Source of the DNA: an uncultured Colwellia sp.
GTDB taxonomy: Bacteria; Pseudomonadota; Gammaproteobacteria; Enterobacterales; Alteromonadaceae
Assembly (NCBI GenBank): GCA_963977145.1
Contig: CAXBNP010000016.1
Span: 18,814-82,813 of the forward strand
Length of the DNA stretch: 64,000 nucleotides
Direction of reading: 5' to 3'
The translations under genes were made by a program, and so were the position numbers. The notes below the pieces were generated by a model that ran no database searches, was not told the origin of the DNA, and saw nothing but the letters and a program-made list of their open reading frames with translations. This document shows positions 27,782 through 37,490 of the stretch, in pieces (position 1 is the first letter of the stretch; the number at the start of each line of letters is the position of its first letter).

Positions 27782-28663
27782 ATGACTCAAATAAACGATA
27801 TAACGATAGCAACGCACAACGGTAACTTTCACGCAGACGATGTTTTCAGTATTGCTGCCCTTAAGCATATTTTTCCAACTTTTAACTTGATACGTACCCG
27901 TGATTTAGACGTCATCGCTAAAGCAGATATTGTTATTGATGTTGGTGGTGAATATAACGCTGACGCTGGCCGTTTTGACCATCATCAACGTGGTGGCGCA
28001 GGTGCGCGCGACAATGGTATTCCTTATTCGTCATTTGGTTTAATTTGGCAAAAATATGGCGTAGAAATATGCCAAGGTAAACAAGAAGTCGCTAAATCGC
28101 TTGATGACGGTTTAGTATCAACTATTGATGCGATTGACTGTGGACACGTAGAAGGGGTAGCGCAAGGTATTAGCCTGAGCCAAACTATTTCAATGTTTAA
28201 CCCTACTTGGCAAGAAGATAGTCACTTTGATGCTTGTTTTGATGAAGCAGTTGAATTTGCAGCGCGCGTATTATCCCGCTTTATTGCCTCAGCTGACGGT
28301 GGCATTAGTGCTAAATCAATTGTCGCTAAAGCCATTGACGATGCGGCAGATCCACGCGTGATCGTATTAGAAAAATACACCCCGTGGAAAACAACGGTTC
28401 ATAAGCTGTCTGAACAAGCTTTATATATGGTTTACCCATCAGGGTCTGGTCCATGGCGCATACAAACTGTGCCGGTTGAGCCGGGTTCATTCGAAGACAG
28501 AAAGCCACTGCCACAAGCTTGGGCCGGTTTGTCTGATCAAGCCTTGCAAGAAGCCACCGGTATTGACGATGCGATGTTCTGCCATAATGGTTTATTTATA
28601 GCGGGCGCCGCATCCTTTGCTAGCACAATGAAAATGGCCGAAATCGCGCTGCAAGCAGAATAA
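27782..28663 (+). CDS. MYG1-family (UPF0160) metal-dependent hydrolase
   Basis: IATHNGNFHADDVFSIAALK...DVGGEYNADAGRFDHHQRG is the hallmark MYG1 N-terminal pattern. Length is 293 aa. Confidence 0.8.
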   Translation: MTQINDITIATHNGNFHADDVFSIAALKHIFPTFNLIRTRDLDVIAKADIVIDVGGEYNADAGRFDHHQRGGAGARDNGIPYSSFGLIWQKYGVEICQGKQEVAKSLDDGLVSTIDAIDCGHVEGVAQGISLSQTISMFNPTWQEDSHFDACFDEAVEFAARVLSRFIASADGGISAKSIVAKAIDDAADPRVIVLEKYTPWKTTVHKLSEQALYMVYPSGSGPWRIQTVPVEPGSFEDRKPLPQAWAGLSDQALQEATGIDDAMFCHNGLFIAGAASFASTMKMAEIALQAE

Positions 28664-28680
28664 AAGTCCGATATTGCAAC

Positions 28681-28710
28681 AGGCATTGATCGCTTTAGTC
28701 ATCAATGCCT
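28681..28710. terminator. 10-bp perfect hairpin between convergent genes (terminator-like, no U-tract)
   Basis: AGGCATTGAT (28681-28690) pairs with ATCAATGCCT (28701-28710). Confidence 0.4.
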
Positions 28711-28851
28711 AATAGCGAAGAAACTCTTTATTGAGCCATAAGCACAAACTTCACTATTTCAGCGTGGGTTTAGCCACCTTATAAGTTCAGTTGTAGTTTC
28801 AGCTGCAATCTCAAGTCATAAGGCTTTTTACCCTGAACATTCAAGCTAAAA

Positions 28852-29634
28852 TTAGCCGATTGATTTTAGCTTGATGGTATTAATAAACAGCCTCGGGTCG
28901 TTAATTTCATCTAGCATCGCGCTATCTGGTAAACAATCATCATCAACATAATCGGCAAAATCGCCCGCGGAATCAAACACTAGAATATCTAGCGCTAATC
29001 GGTCTAAGCCGTATAAACCACGGTGGATCATATCGGCTGAGAACACTAATAAGTCGCCAGCCGCTAAATTGATTTTTTTACCTGTGGTAAGGTCTTCACT
29101 ACTTACCCTGCCCTTTTCTTCTTGTCGGACGTTAAACTCTTCTTCGTTATCCCAACGCTGATGAGTACCGGGCACTAATTCCATACCAAGTTCATCAAAT
29201 AAAGGCACTCGAAGGTGTAATACTTGGGTTTCTTTAATGGCGAGCTTTTGCCCCGCTACATCATGATCATATTGACAATCTCGATGCCAAAAGTCTTTTT
29301 GCTTAGGATTAACCGGGTTAAAAAATAATTGCGTATTCATAAATGCAGGCTTATTCGCAATAATCGTATCAACCACCTGCATGACTTTTTTTGCACTGAT
29401 AAAATTAAAAAGCTTTACTCTATCATCGCTCGCTAAATATTCACTACCGGTAATTAACGAAGAATTAAACGCCTCTTCTTGATAAAACTTTGCATTGTCT
29501 TGTTGCCATAACTGATGAAATTTTAATACTACCGCTCTAAGCGCAGTAACTTCAGCCATCGTAAAATAATCTCTAATAACAAAGTAACCTTGCTCGCGAT
29601 AATTGCGCTGCAATTGACACTTATTTTCTAACAT
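28852..29634 (-). CDS. Phytanoyl-CoA dioxygenase (PhyH)-family Fe(II)/2-oxoglutarate oxygenase
   Basis: 260 aa. FWHRDCQYD carries the HxD iron motif, with a distal His in ADMIHRG. The N-terminal YREQGYFVIRDYF is typical of the family. Confidence 0.65.
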   Translation of the reverse strand: MLENKCQLQRNYREQGYFVIRDYFTMAEVTALRAVVLKFHQLWQQDNAKFYQEEAFNSSLITGSEYLASDDRVKLFNFISAKKVMQVVDTIIANKPAFMNTQLFFNPVNPKQKDFWHRDCQYDHDVAGQKLAIKETQVLHLRVPLFDELGMELVPGTHQRWDNEEEFNVRQEEKGRVSSEDLTTGKKINLAAGDLLVFSADMIHRGLYGLDRLALDILVFDSAGDFADYVDDDCLPDSAMLDEINDPRLFINTIKLKSIG

Positions 29635-29876
29635 TAATTAACCTTGCCTCTACTTTATTATAAACGGGCTATTATACTCATTTGATCAAACTAATGCTTA
29701 GCCAGTACTACTGTTTTGATAGTAACGTGCTTAACTTAGCGAATAATTTTTCATTACAACTTCTTAAATAAAATAATGAATTAATGATTGTCATCAAGAT
29801 AAAACTTAGCCATGGTATTGTACATGTATAATATGTCTCAAACTCAGTTTCGCTTTAGCTAAGGAATGTTTTTTTC

Positions 29877-31160
29877 ATGACCTCGTCGAACCATATTGTT
29901 AAACAAATAAGCACTTTTTTTAATCCTCGAAAATTTATCACCGTATGTGCGTTTTTTCCTCTACTTTCTCACGCTACCATTGCTGATGAAAACTTCACTC
30001 AGTGTAAAGCCAATTTAGCTGAACGTGCCAAAATTGCTGGGTTTTCTGCTTACATCACAGAAAGCGTGATTGAAAAACTTACTCCTATCAAGCGCGTGAT
30101 CACCTTAGATAAAAAACAACCAGAATTTAGCCAAACGTTTGAGCAATATATTAAAGCAAGAGTTAGTGCTTACCATCTGCGTGTAGGTAAAGAAAAATTA
30201 AAACAAAACAAGACATTATTTGATAAGTTAGAAAAGGAATACGGGATTCCTCGGCAATATTTAGTGTCTTTTTGGGGCTTAGAAACGGTATTTGGCAAGC
30301 ATAAAGGGAAGATGTCGGTACTTAATGCTTTAGCGACGTTAGCGTGCGATAAACGCCGTAGTGAATTTTTCACCCTTGAGTTATTAAATTTGTTCCGCTT
30401 AATTGAAAGCGAAAAAGTCTCTGTCGAGCAATTAAAAGGCTCATGGGCTGGCGCTATGGGGCATATGCAATTTATGCCAACCGCATTGTTAACCTATGCC
30501 GTAGATGGCGACAATGACGGCAAAGTAGATATTTGGCAAAGTGAAGCAGATGCCTTAACCACCGCGGCTAATTACTTAAATAAAATTGGCTGGCAAGCAA
30601 AAGAACGTTGGGGCCGAGAAGTAACATTACCGGAAAGTTTCGCCTTTGATAACGTCGCGTTTGACAAATACTATCCACTGAGTCATTTTCAGCAGTTAGG
30701 AGTAAAACAAACCAACAATCAAGCATTGCCTGATTATGAGATTCAAGCGGAGCTTTATCTACCATCAGGCCATAAAGGGCCGGCATTTTTACTTTACCCT
30801 AATTTCAATGTCATTATGACTTGGAATCTTTCAAAAAGTTATGCGCTTTCAGTAGGCTTATTAGCCAATAGATTAGTTGACGCAAATGGGCTCGAGTTTT
30901 TACAAAAAGCGCCAACGCAAGCAAAGCCATATAGTGTTGCACAAATGAAAGACTTACAAAGCCAGCTCAACAGCTTAGGGTTTGAAACCGGTAAGCCTGA
31001 TGGTATCTGGGGACCTAAAAGCAGAGCTGCCATACGCTCCTTTCAACTGCAGCACCAGCTCATTGCCGACGGCTATCCCAATAAAAGTGTTTTTTCGACC
31101 ATCAAGTTAGTATTGAGCAAAGTAGAATCTATTTTGCCTACTACTAATCAACAAAGCTAA
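29877..31160 (+). CDS. Lytic murein transglycosylase (MltB/SLT_2-like) with a C-terminal peptidoglycan-binding domain
   Basis: FWGLETVFGKHKG and GSWAGAMGHMQFMPTA are SLT_2 motifs. The C-terminal LQSQLNSLGFETGKPDGIWGPKSRAAIRSFQ is PG_binding_1-like. Confidence 0.85.
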   Translation: MTSSNHIVKQISTFFNPRKFITVCAFFPLLSHATIADENFTQCKANLAERAKIAGFSAYITESVIEKLTPIKRVITLDKKQPEFSQTFEQYIKARVSAYHLRVGKEKLKQNKTLFDKLEKEYGIPRQYLVSFWGLETVFGKHKGKMSVLNALATLACDKRRSEFFTLELLNLFRLIESEKVSVEQLKGSWAGAMGHMQFMPTALLTYAVDGDNDGKVDIWQSEADALTTAANYLNKIGWQAKERWGREVTLPESFAFDNVAFDKYYPLSHFQQLGVKQTNNQALPDYEIQAELYLPSGHKGPAFLLYPNFNVIMTWNLSKSYALSVGLLANRLVDANGLEFLQKAPTQAKPYSVAQMKDLQSQLNSLGFETGKPDGIWGPKSRAAIRSFQLQHQLIADGYPNKSVFSTIKLVLSKVESILPTTNQQS

Positions 31161-31275
31161 TGGCAATAACGCTATTCACACTAAGGGTAATAACATGACT
31201 TGTTGCTGTAGCCGTGATAAAGATGCGCGATAAATCTGTGCTAGGACTTAGCTCAAAACCATACGTTCAGATTTA

Positions 31276-32058
31276 TTGTTCATCATGATGTTTGACATAA
31301 TACTGTTGTTCCTAGCTGGTTTTTTTGGCGGTGTGCTCAACTCCATTGCTGGTGGCGGAAGTTTTATTACCTTTCCTGCCCTTATCTTTGTTGGTATTCC
31401 CCCCATTATGGCCAATGCGACAAATACCTTTGCTTCATGCGCCGGTTATCTCAGCGGAACCTATGCTTTTAGAACAGAACTTGCTGAGCATAAAGATAAA
31501 TTACCCCTCATTATCATCATCAGCCTTATTGGCGGTATTACCGGTGCTTGGCTATTACTAACAACACCTGACGTTATATTTCGAGAGGCTATTCCTTGGT
31601 TACTGTTATTTGCTACTGTACTGTTTATTTTTGGCGAAAAAATTAATGCGGAATTAAAAAACAGCGCTGAACATCATCGACACGCTTCAGCACTTGGCGC
31701 TATTGCACTCGTTATTATCCTCTTGGGGGTTTCAACCTACGGTGGTTTTTTCAATGCCGGATTGGGGATTATAGCCCTGAGCTATTTAGCACTGGCTGGC
31801 CACACTAATATCAATACTATGAATGGCTTAAAGTTACTTATTTCAGCCACAGTGTCGCTAATAGCTATTGTATTGTTTATTTATAATGATGTCATCGCCT
31901 GGCATGAAGGCACTATTGTCTTGTGTGGTACCTTAGCGGGAGGTTACGTAGCGGCAAAGGGTTCACGTCAATTACCGCAAAAACATCTCAGGCGCTTTGT
32001 TATTTTCGCGAGTATTTCTACCACACTGTATTTCTTTTTTGATATTTACCTCAGCTAA
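31276..32058 (+). CDS. TauE/SafE-family (DUF81) anion exporter
   Basis: Polytopic protein with GGVLNSIAGGGSFITFPAL in the N-terminal half and a repeated half-structure. The start may be one of the ATGs at 31285/31288. Confidence 0.75.
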   Translation: MFIMMFDIILLFLAGFFGGVLNSIAGGGSFITFPALIFVGIPPIMANATNTFASCAGYLSGTYAFRTELAEHKDKLPLIIIISLIGGITGAWLLLTTPDVIFREAIPWLLLFATVLFIFGEKINAELKNSAEHHRHASALGAIALVIILLGVSTYGGFFNAGLGIIALSYLALAGHTNINTMNGLKLLISATVSLIAIVLFIYNDVIAWHEGTIVLCGTLAGGYVAAKGSRQLPQKHLRRFVIFASISTTLYFFFDIYLS

Positions 32059-32239
32059 GGCATTTCAAGCAGCGCCATTACAGCCTCACTATGCTCTCGA
32101 CGTGAAAAATTAATAAACCGGCTCGGCCGCCACTTTTACTTTAGATGACAGGCAATTAGTGGATTTTTCACCGTTCTCTTTCTATACTTTTTTTGTCGCT
32201 ATGCCGCAATTCCGCGTAAATTTGATTGGAGTGTTATGA

Positions 32240-32977
32240 ATGAGAAAAATAATATCTATACTATGCACCTACTTTTGTATCGTTAGCGCTAGTAATGCAG
32301 ATAACTTGATTGTTGGTGTCGAATCAACACAATATTTCCCTCAGTATCAGTATGAAAATGGCGAATATAAGGGCTATGCCAGAGAATTATTAGACCTATT
32401 CGCCAAGCATAACGGCCATAGCCTAACCTATACCGCCCTGCCAGTTAAACGTCTACTCGATGCCTTTCTTGCCTCAGAAATTGATTTAAAATATCCTGAC
32501 AATAAATATTGGGCCGGCGATATGAAAGCGAAACATGCGGTAAATTACAGCGATCCCGTTGTTGATTATATTGATGGCACCTTAGTCTTACCTGAAAATC
32601 TCGGTAAAGGTGTTGAAGAATTGAAGCGATTAGGTACCTTGCGAGGCTTCACTGCTTTTGACTACTTTCCTCATATAGAGGCAGGTACAGTGAAGATAAA
32701 GGAAAATAACAACTTAGAATCTTTGATTAAACAAGTGCGTAATAAACGTATTGATGGGGTCTATTTTAATGTCAATGTTGCTTATTACTATTTACTCAAT
32801 GATCAATCTAGCGACAAACCAGTATTTGACGCTAGCCTGCCACACACCAGAAGTTCATATGCTTTATCCAGCATTAAGCGTCCAGATGTGATCAAGCAAT
32901 TCAATGCCTTTTTAGTCTCTTATGCCGATGAAGTAGCGGCACTCAAAACTAAGTATAAAGTTGAAGAAGGCCTTTAA
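32240..32977 (+). CDS. Periplasmic substrate-binding protein, family 3 (orphan)
   Basis: A signal peptide followed by NLIVGVESTQYFPQYQYENGEYKGYARELLDLF. It appears related to the ORF at 5098-5874. No transporter partner is adjacent. Confidence 0.6.
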   Translation: MRKIISILCTYFCIVSASNADNLIVGVESTQYFPQYQYENGEYKGYARELLDLFAKHNGHSLTYTALPVKRLLDAFLASEIDLKYPDNKYWAGDMKAKHAVNYSDPVVDYIDGTLVLPENLGKGVEELKRLGTLRGFTAFDYFPHIEAGTVKIKENNNLESLIKQVRNKRIDGVYFNVNVAYYYLLNDQSSDKPVFDASLPHTRSSYALSSIKRPDVIKQFNAFLVSYADEVAALKTKYKVEEGL

Positions 32978-33615
32978 CTTTTACATTAATTAAATGCCTT
33001 GTTCAAGTAGCACCATTACAGCCGTTTTCAGCAGCATATTGACAATAATATAATGATATTTTTAGTGACTTCAAAATTTTTTTGATGGGCGTTACAGCCC
33101 ATTAACTTCACTTCTGCCTTGCCATTTTTAACAGCTTAGCAGTATTCAGGTTAGTGATGAAAAACGCATCAACTTAAGCCATTAAACATGACTGTGCGTT
33201 TGCTCCACAATAACGACAATATTTTTAATCCAAGCCTTTTAGCTATAATGTATGAACAGCAAAATAACGCTACTACTTTATCACTATCAATTATAGTACA
33301 GTCCTATATATAGTTTGTTGCGAGCGACTTCAGCTGCTGACTATCGTCTGTTTATTTTGCGTAATTCTCAATGATTTTTTCCACACTTATATCGTTGTTC
33401 AAAGGTTAGCAATAATCGCCTTTTACTAGGGTAAATTGACCGTTTTAATGAGTGTTCTATAAATCCAATAAGTTTGCCTAGTTATCATTAAACATTCATT
33501 TGATCTTCGCTAGATAAAGCCGCACAATTCTCGCCTGAGCTATAAGCTTTGACATCTGCGTCTTAAAACAAAGAAACTGCCCGCGAATAATAGTAAGCAA
33601 TAAGAGTATTAAATA

Positions 33616-34173
33616 ATGCCTGCAAAAATACAACTGAGCAAAGAAGAGCTTAGAGAAAGTAAGTTAACTCGAGATGAATACATAACTAAGCCAAAAATTC
33701 CTTTGGTGGTGGTATTAGACAATGTTACTAATAGCTACAACATTGGCGCGTTTATTCGCTTAGCCGATGCATTTGCCATCGAAAAAGTTATTGTTTGTGG
33801 TATTGAAGCACTCTCTATTTCAGATAAAAAAATGAAAAAAGCGTCTAGAAATGAAGCTAAATGGGTTTGCGTTGAATATAGCGACAGCACTACGGCAAGC
33901 TTACAAAGCTTATTAGACAACGATTATTCAATTTACAGTGTTGAACTGTGCCAACAGTCTGTTGATTATACGCGTGTTACTTACCCTGCTAAATGCGCCT
34001 TAGTCTTAGGTAATGAACGCAAAGGCGTAAGTGAAGCGGCCTTAAAATTAAGTCATCAACAAATACACATTTCGATGTTTGGTATGGGTAACTCGCTAAA
34101 TGTTTCAACCGCTGGCGCTATTGTCTTAGCTGAATGTGCTAATCAAATCCGAACTAGCCAAGTCAAAAGGTAA
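33616..34173 (+). CDS. TrmH/SpoU-family RNA 2'-O-methyltransferase
   Basis: VVLDNVTNSYNIGAFIRLADAF, ALVLGNERKGVS and IHISMFGMGNSLNVSTAGAIVL are the three SpoU motifs. Confidence 0.85.
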   Translation: MPAKIQLSKEELRESKLTRDEYITKPKIPLVVVLDNVTNSYNIGAFIRLADAFAIEKVIVCGIEALSISDKKMKKASRNEAKWVCVEYSDSTTASLQSLLDNDYSIYSVELCQQSVDYTRVTYPAKCALVLGNERKGVSEAALKLSHQQIHISMFGMGNSLNVSTAGAIVLAECANQIRTSQVKR

Positions 34174-34341
34174 TACCAAGAAATAAAACACTGTTCATAA
34201 AGACTCATAAGTTAATAAAATCAATAAGTCTGACCGCTTTGACTTGCTTTTAATGAACGTTAATAACTTTGATTAATGCAAAAAACACCGGTTAAACTAA
34301 CTGAACGCTTATTTTATAACATACTAACAAAAGGATCAGAC

Positions 34342-34941
34342 GTGATTAGAATTTCACTACTAATACTTAGTCTATTTATGTCGTCGCAACTGCTCGGCGC
34401 GAATACTCAAGGACAATATATTCAGCCAAGTAATTTATCGCCAAAAGTGCGAATAGAAACCACCATGGGAAGCATTATTGTTGAGCTTAATCGATACCGA
34501 GCTAAAATTACCGTTGATAATTTCTTAGGATACGTAACCCGAGGGCAATACGATAAAACCCTGATCCACCGTGTAGAAGAAGGTTATCTCATTCAGGGAG
34601 GTGGCTTTATGACTAACTACATGGATGTTGAGCCCGATAAGCCTATATTTAATGAATCAGGAAATGGCTTAAAAAACAGCGAAGGCACTATTGCGATGGC
34701 TAAACAGCTAAATGATGCCCATTCCGCAACGAATCAGTTTTTTATTAACCTAAATGACAACAGCAATTTAGACCCCGGCAGTTCATGGGGCTATGCTGTT
34801 TTTGGTGAAGTTATACAAGGTTATGAAATACTTGAAGCAATGGCTAAGGTAGAGGTAGGTTACAGCGAGCAATTGGGTTACACAACGGTGCCGAAAAAAA
34901 TGATCACTATTATACGAGTGGTCATACTTGCTGAAGAATAG
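34342..34941 (+). CDS. Periplasmic cyclophilin-type peptidyl-prolyl isomerase
   Basis: GTG 34342 (AAAGGA RBS) gives a signal peptide, VIRISLLILSLFMSSQLLGA. Cyclophilin motifs VDNFLGYV, HRVEEGYLIQGGGF and NQFFINL are present. The ORF track start is 34276. Confidence 0.85.
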   Translation: MIRISLLILSLFMSSQLLGANTQGQYIQPSNLSPKVRIETTMGSIIVELNRYRAKITVDNFLGYVTRGQYDKTLIHRVEEGYLIQGGGFMTNYMDVEPDKPIFNESGNGLKNSEGTIAMAKQLNDAHSATNQFFINLNDNSNLDPGSSWGYAVFGEVIQGYEILEAMAKVEVGYSEQLGYTTVPKKMITIIRVVILAEE

Positions 34942-35286
34942 TGAGTTAAATTACTACACCTGTCGTTAAAGTTTAATTTTCTGTCGGGCTAGAATAACTA
35001 AACCGTTGTCTTTTATAACGATTATTACAAGCATATTAATAATTCTCGCTAACATTGTTCGACAAAGATAAAGGCGACAATGCTTGGAAAATAATTAGCG
35101 AGCTAATTAATGGCGCTTAAAAAAAAAGTGCCAACCAAGTCAATTGGTCAGCTCTTTAAAATTTATACTACACAGTGTACTAAATTCAACACCTCAACAT
35201 AATAGCAAATGGCATGAATAGTCTGTTACGGGTATTAACTTTACTGCTAATGCGTAAAACCTTTACCTTAAGATAGCCGCTAAATA

Positions 35287-36102
35287 TTAGCCGTCTTTAT
35301 GAATGTGAACATCCATTTGTGGGAAAGGAATATTTAACCCTTCCGTTGCAAAAGTTTTATATACCTTTTCATTCATTTCAAAGTATACGCCCCAATAGTC
35401 TGCCGCATTCACCCAAGCTCTGACCGTAAAGTTAACTGAGCTGTCTGCCAAAGCGGAAACCGCTATAAAGACCTCAGGATCTTTTAAAATACGCGCATCT
35501 TCGTCGCATAACCGCTTGATAACTGCTCGAGCTTTATCCAAATCATCACCGTAACCCACACCTATGGTCCAATCCACACGCCTTTTCGCTTCAGTTGAAT
35601 AATTAATCATTGATGAGGTTGATAACCCGCCATTAGGAATAATGATGGTTTTATTGTCTGGGGTTTTCATAATGGTATTAAAAAGCTGTATCTGAGAAAC
35701 AGATCCGATATAACCCTGTGCCTCGATAACATCACCCACTTTAAACGGTTTAAAAATTAGAATCATCACGCCGCCGGCAAAGTTTTGCAAGGTACCCGAC
35801 ATGGCCAAACCTACTGCTAAACCAAGAGCACCAATGATAGCGATAAACGAGGTCATTTCGATGCCTAACATACCAAGCACCGTAATAACTAACATGACCT
35901 TTAATAGACCATTAACAATGCCACTTAGAAAAGGCTTTAACGATGCATCTGTGCCGCTTTTGTTTAAAGCACTTTTAACTACGCCACCGATAACTTTTAT
36001 TACCCAGCCACCAATGATCCATACGAGTATTGCACCAATCAGTTTCGGCCCGTAGAGTACCGCCATTTCCGTGATTTGATTAGCAATTTCTTCTGTATTC
36101 AT
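35287..36102 (-). CDS. Small-conductance mechanosensitive channel (MscS family)
   Basis: 271 aa with three N-terminal TM helices, then FKPFKVGDVIEAQGYIGSVSQIQLFNTIMKTPDNKTIIIPNG (MscS beta domain). Confidence 0.9.
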   Translation of the reverse strand: MNTEEIANQITEMAVLYGPKLIGAILVWIIGGWVIKVIGGVVKSALNKSGTDASLKPFLSGIVNGLLKVMLVITVLGMLGIEMTSFIAIIGALGLAVGLAMSGTLQNFAGGVMILIFKPFKVGDVIEAQGYIGSVSQIQLFNTIMKTPDNKTIIIPNGGLSTSSMINYSTEAKRRVDWTIGVGYGDDLDKARAVIKRLCDEDARILKDPEVFIAVSALADSSVNFTVRAWVNAADYWGVYFEMNEKVYKTFATEGLNIPFPQMDVHIHKDG

Positions 36103-37490
36103 ATTATTTCCCTAATTTATTTATCGTGTTTTTAAAATGAGCTTAAAGGCTCACGTTTGGCGCTATTTAATTTTTTTCTTATTTGTAATGATAAAAAATC
36201 ACTTGAGCCATTGCTACAAGTTGATAGTTACCCTATGTAATATAGAATAAAAATCATAATTATTCTTAAAAGCTTTGTTTGAGTGATTGCTATTTACCTG
36301 TGCTAGAAATAACGAGAACATCTAACCTAACAAGTTGCAACATATGTACCAGCCATAGCCTTTAGAAATATTGAACACTTATACTTAAATCGCGCAGATA
36401 GCTAAACAGAGATGAGTCATCATTTAAGAATAATTAACTAAGCGTGTCGGTGTTAATTTTTGCACGAACATTAACCAGAACATTAAGGGCGTGTTAATAA
36501 CTCCCATCAATTTCATTTTCACGATAGGTAATTGGCTTTTATCACTAACCTCATTATCAATTACTTCGAACCCTACGATGTGGCCATCGCACCGAATAAA
36601 ATTGATGACTGCGAGCATTAACATGATGGATTAATACTTTGCAGGCTCAATTTTACAAGGTAAATTTAAGTTACAATAGCAAACTCACCGTCAAATCAAC
36701 TGTTACCTATTGTCCAAATATTGAGATAATAAAGATAAAGGCATAGGGTCTGCTGCTAGCATGTTTTGCTGGAAATTCTCCAAGGAAAACTCCAATGCTT
36801 GCGCTAACTTTCTTTTTTCTCGTCACTCAAGTAATTTGACCATACCCACTGTATAGAAATATAACGGCAGAGTCATTTGCAAGTTTGGCACTTTACGCCA
36901 CAGCAATTTAGTTAAAGTATTTAGCTTGATAGCAGAGTCTTAAATTTAACTTCAAAGCATTAAAATATAAATCTTTAATCTATTGTTAGTAGTTGTCACA
37001 TTTCTTTACACTTACTAAACTTACGATTTACTTACTTGCTACAATCACATGTTAATTAGCGACTATTTAATGAAGGTATAATTATTGCACTGGCAAATAC
37101 AGAACGATTTTCGTTCATAAAAACAAAAATATAATTGAAATTATCATACTTAACACAAACACCAAAGTATGGGGTGTATGGTCAAAAATCATCCATACCA
37201 TCTTAATTTTTTAAATAATATCTTATGCCTTTTAAGGTTTTTCAATGTGAGTACTATTGGATAAATATTAGCAATTACATTTAGATGACTCAAATAAACA
37301 TTAATTATTTGATTAAATTGCCAGCTAGTCTTTTATCCTTAATCACGGTATTTGATTGTTATTTTTAAGAAAAAATTTTGGTATAAATAGGTAAATATTG
37401 ATTTTATTACATTATATTTTTACCGTGTTGTATTAGCGCTTTTGTTGTGCGCTTCTCGGAAATTATTTCATATAATTGGAGATATAAACA

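Noticed and set aside
32075-33025. An 11-bp direct repeat, CCATTACAGCC, flanking the SBP gene on both sides, considered as a possible target-site duplication.
   Set aside because: An 11-mer match is expected many times by chance among all position pairs in 64 kb. There are no associated inverted repeats or mobility genes.
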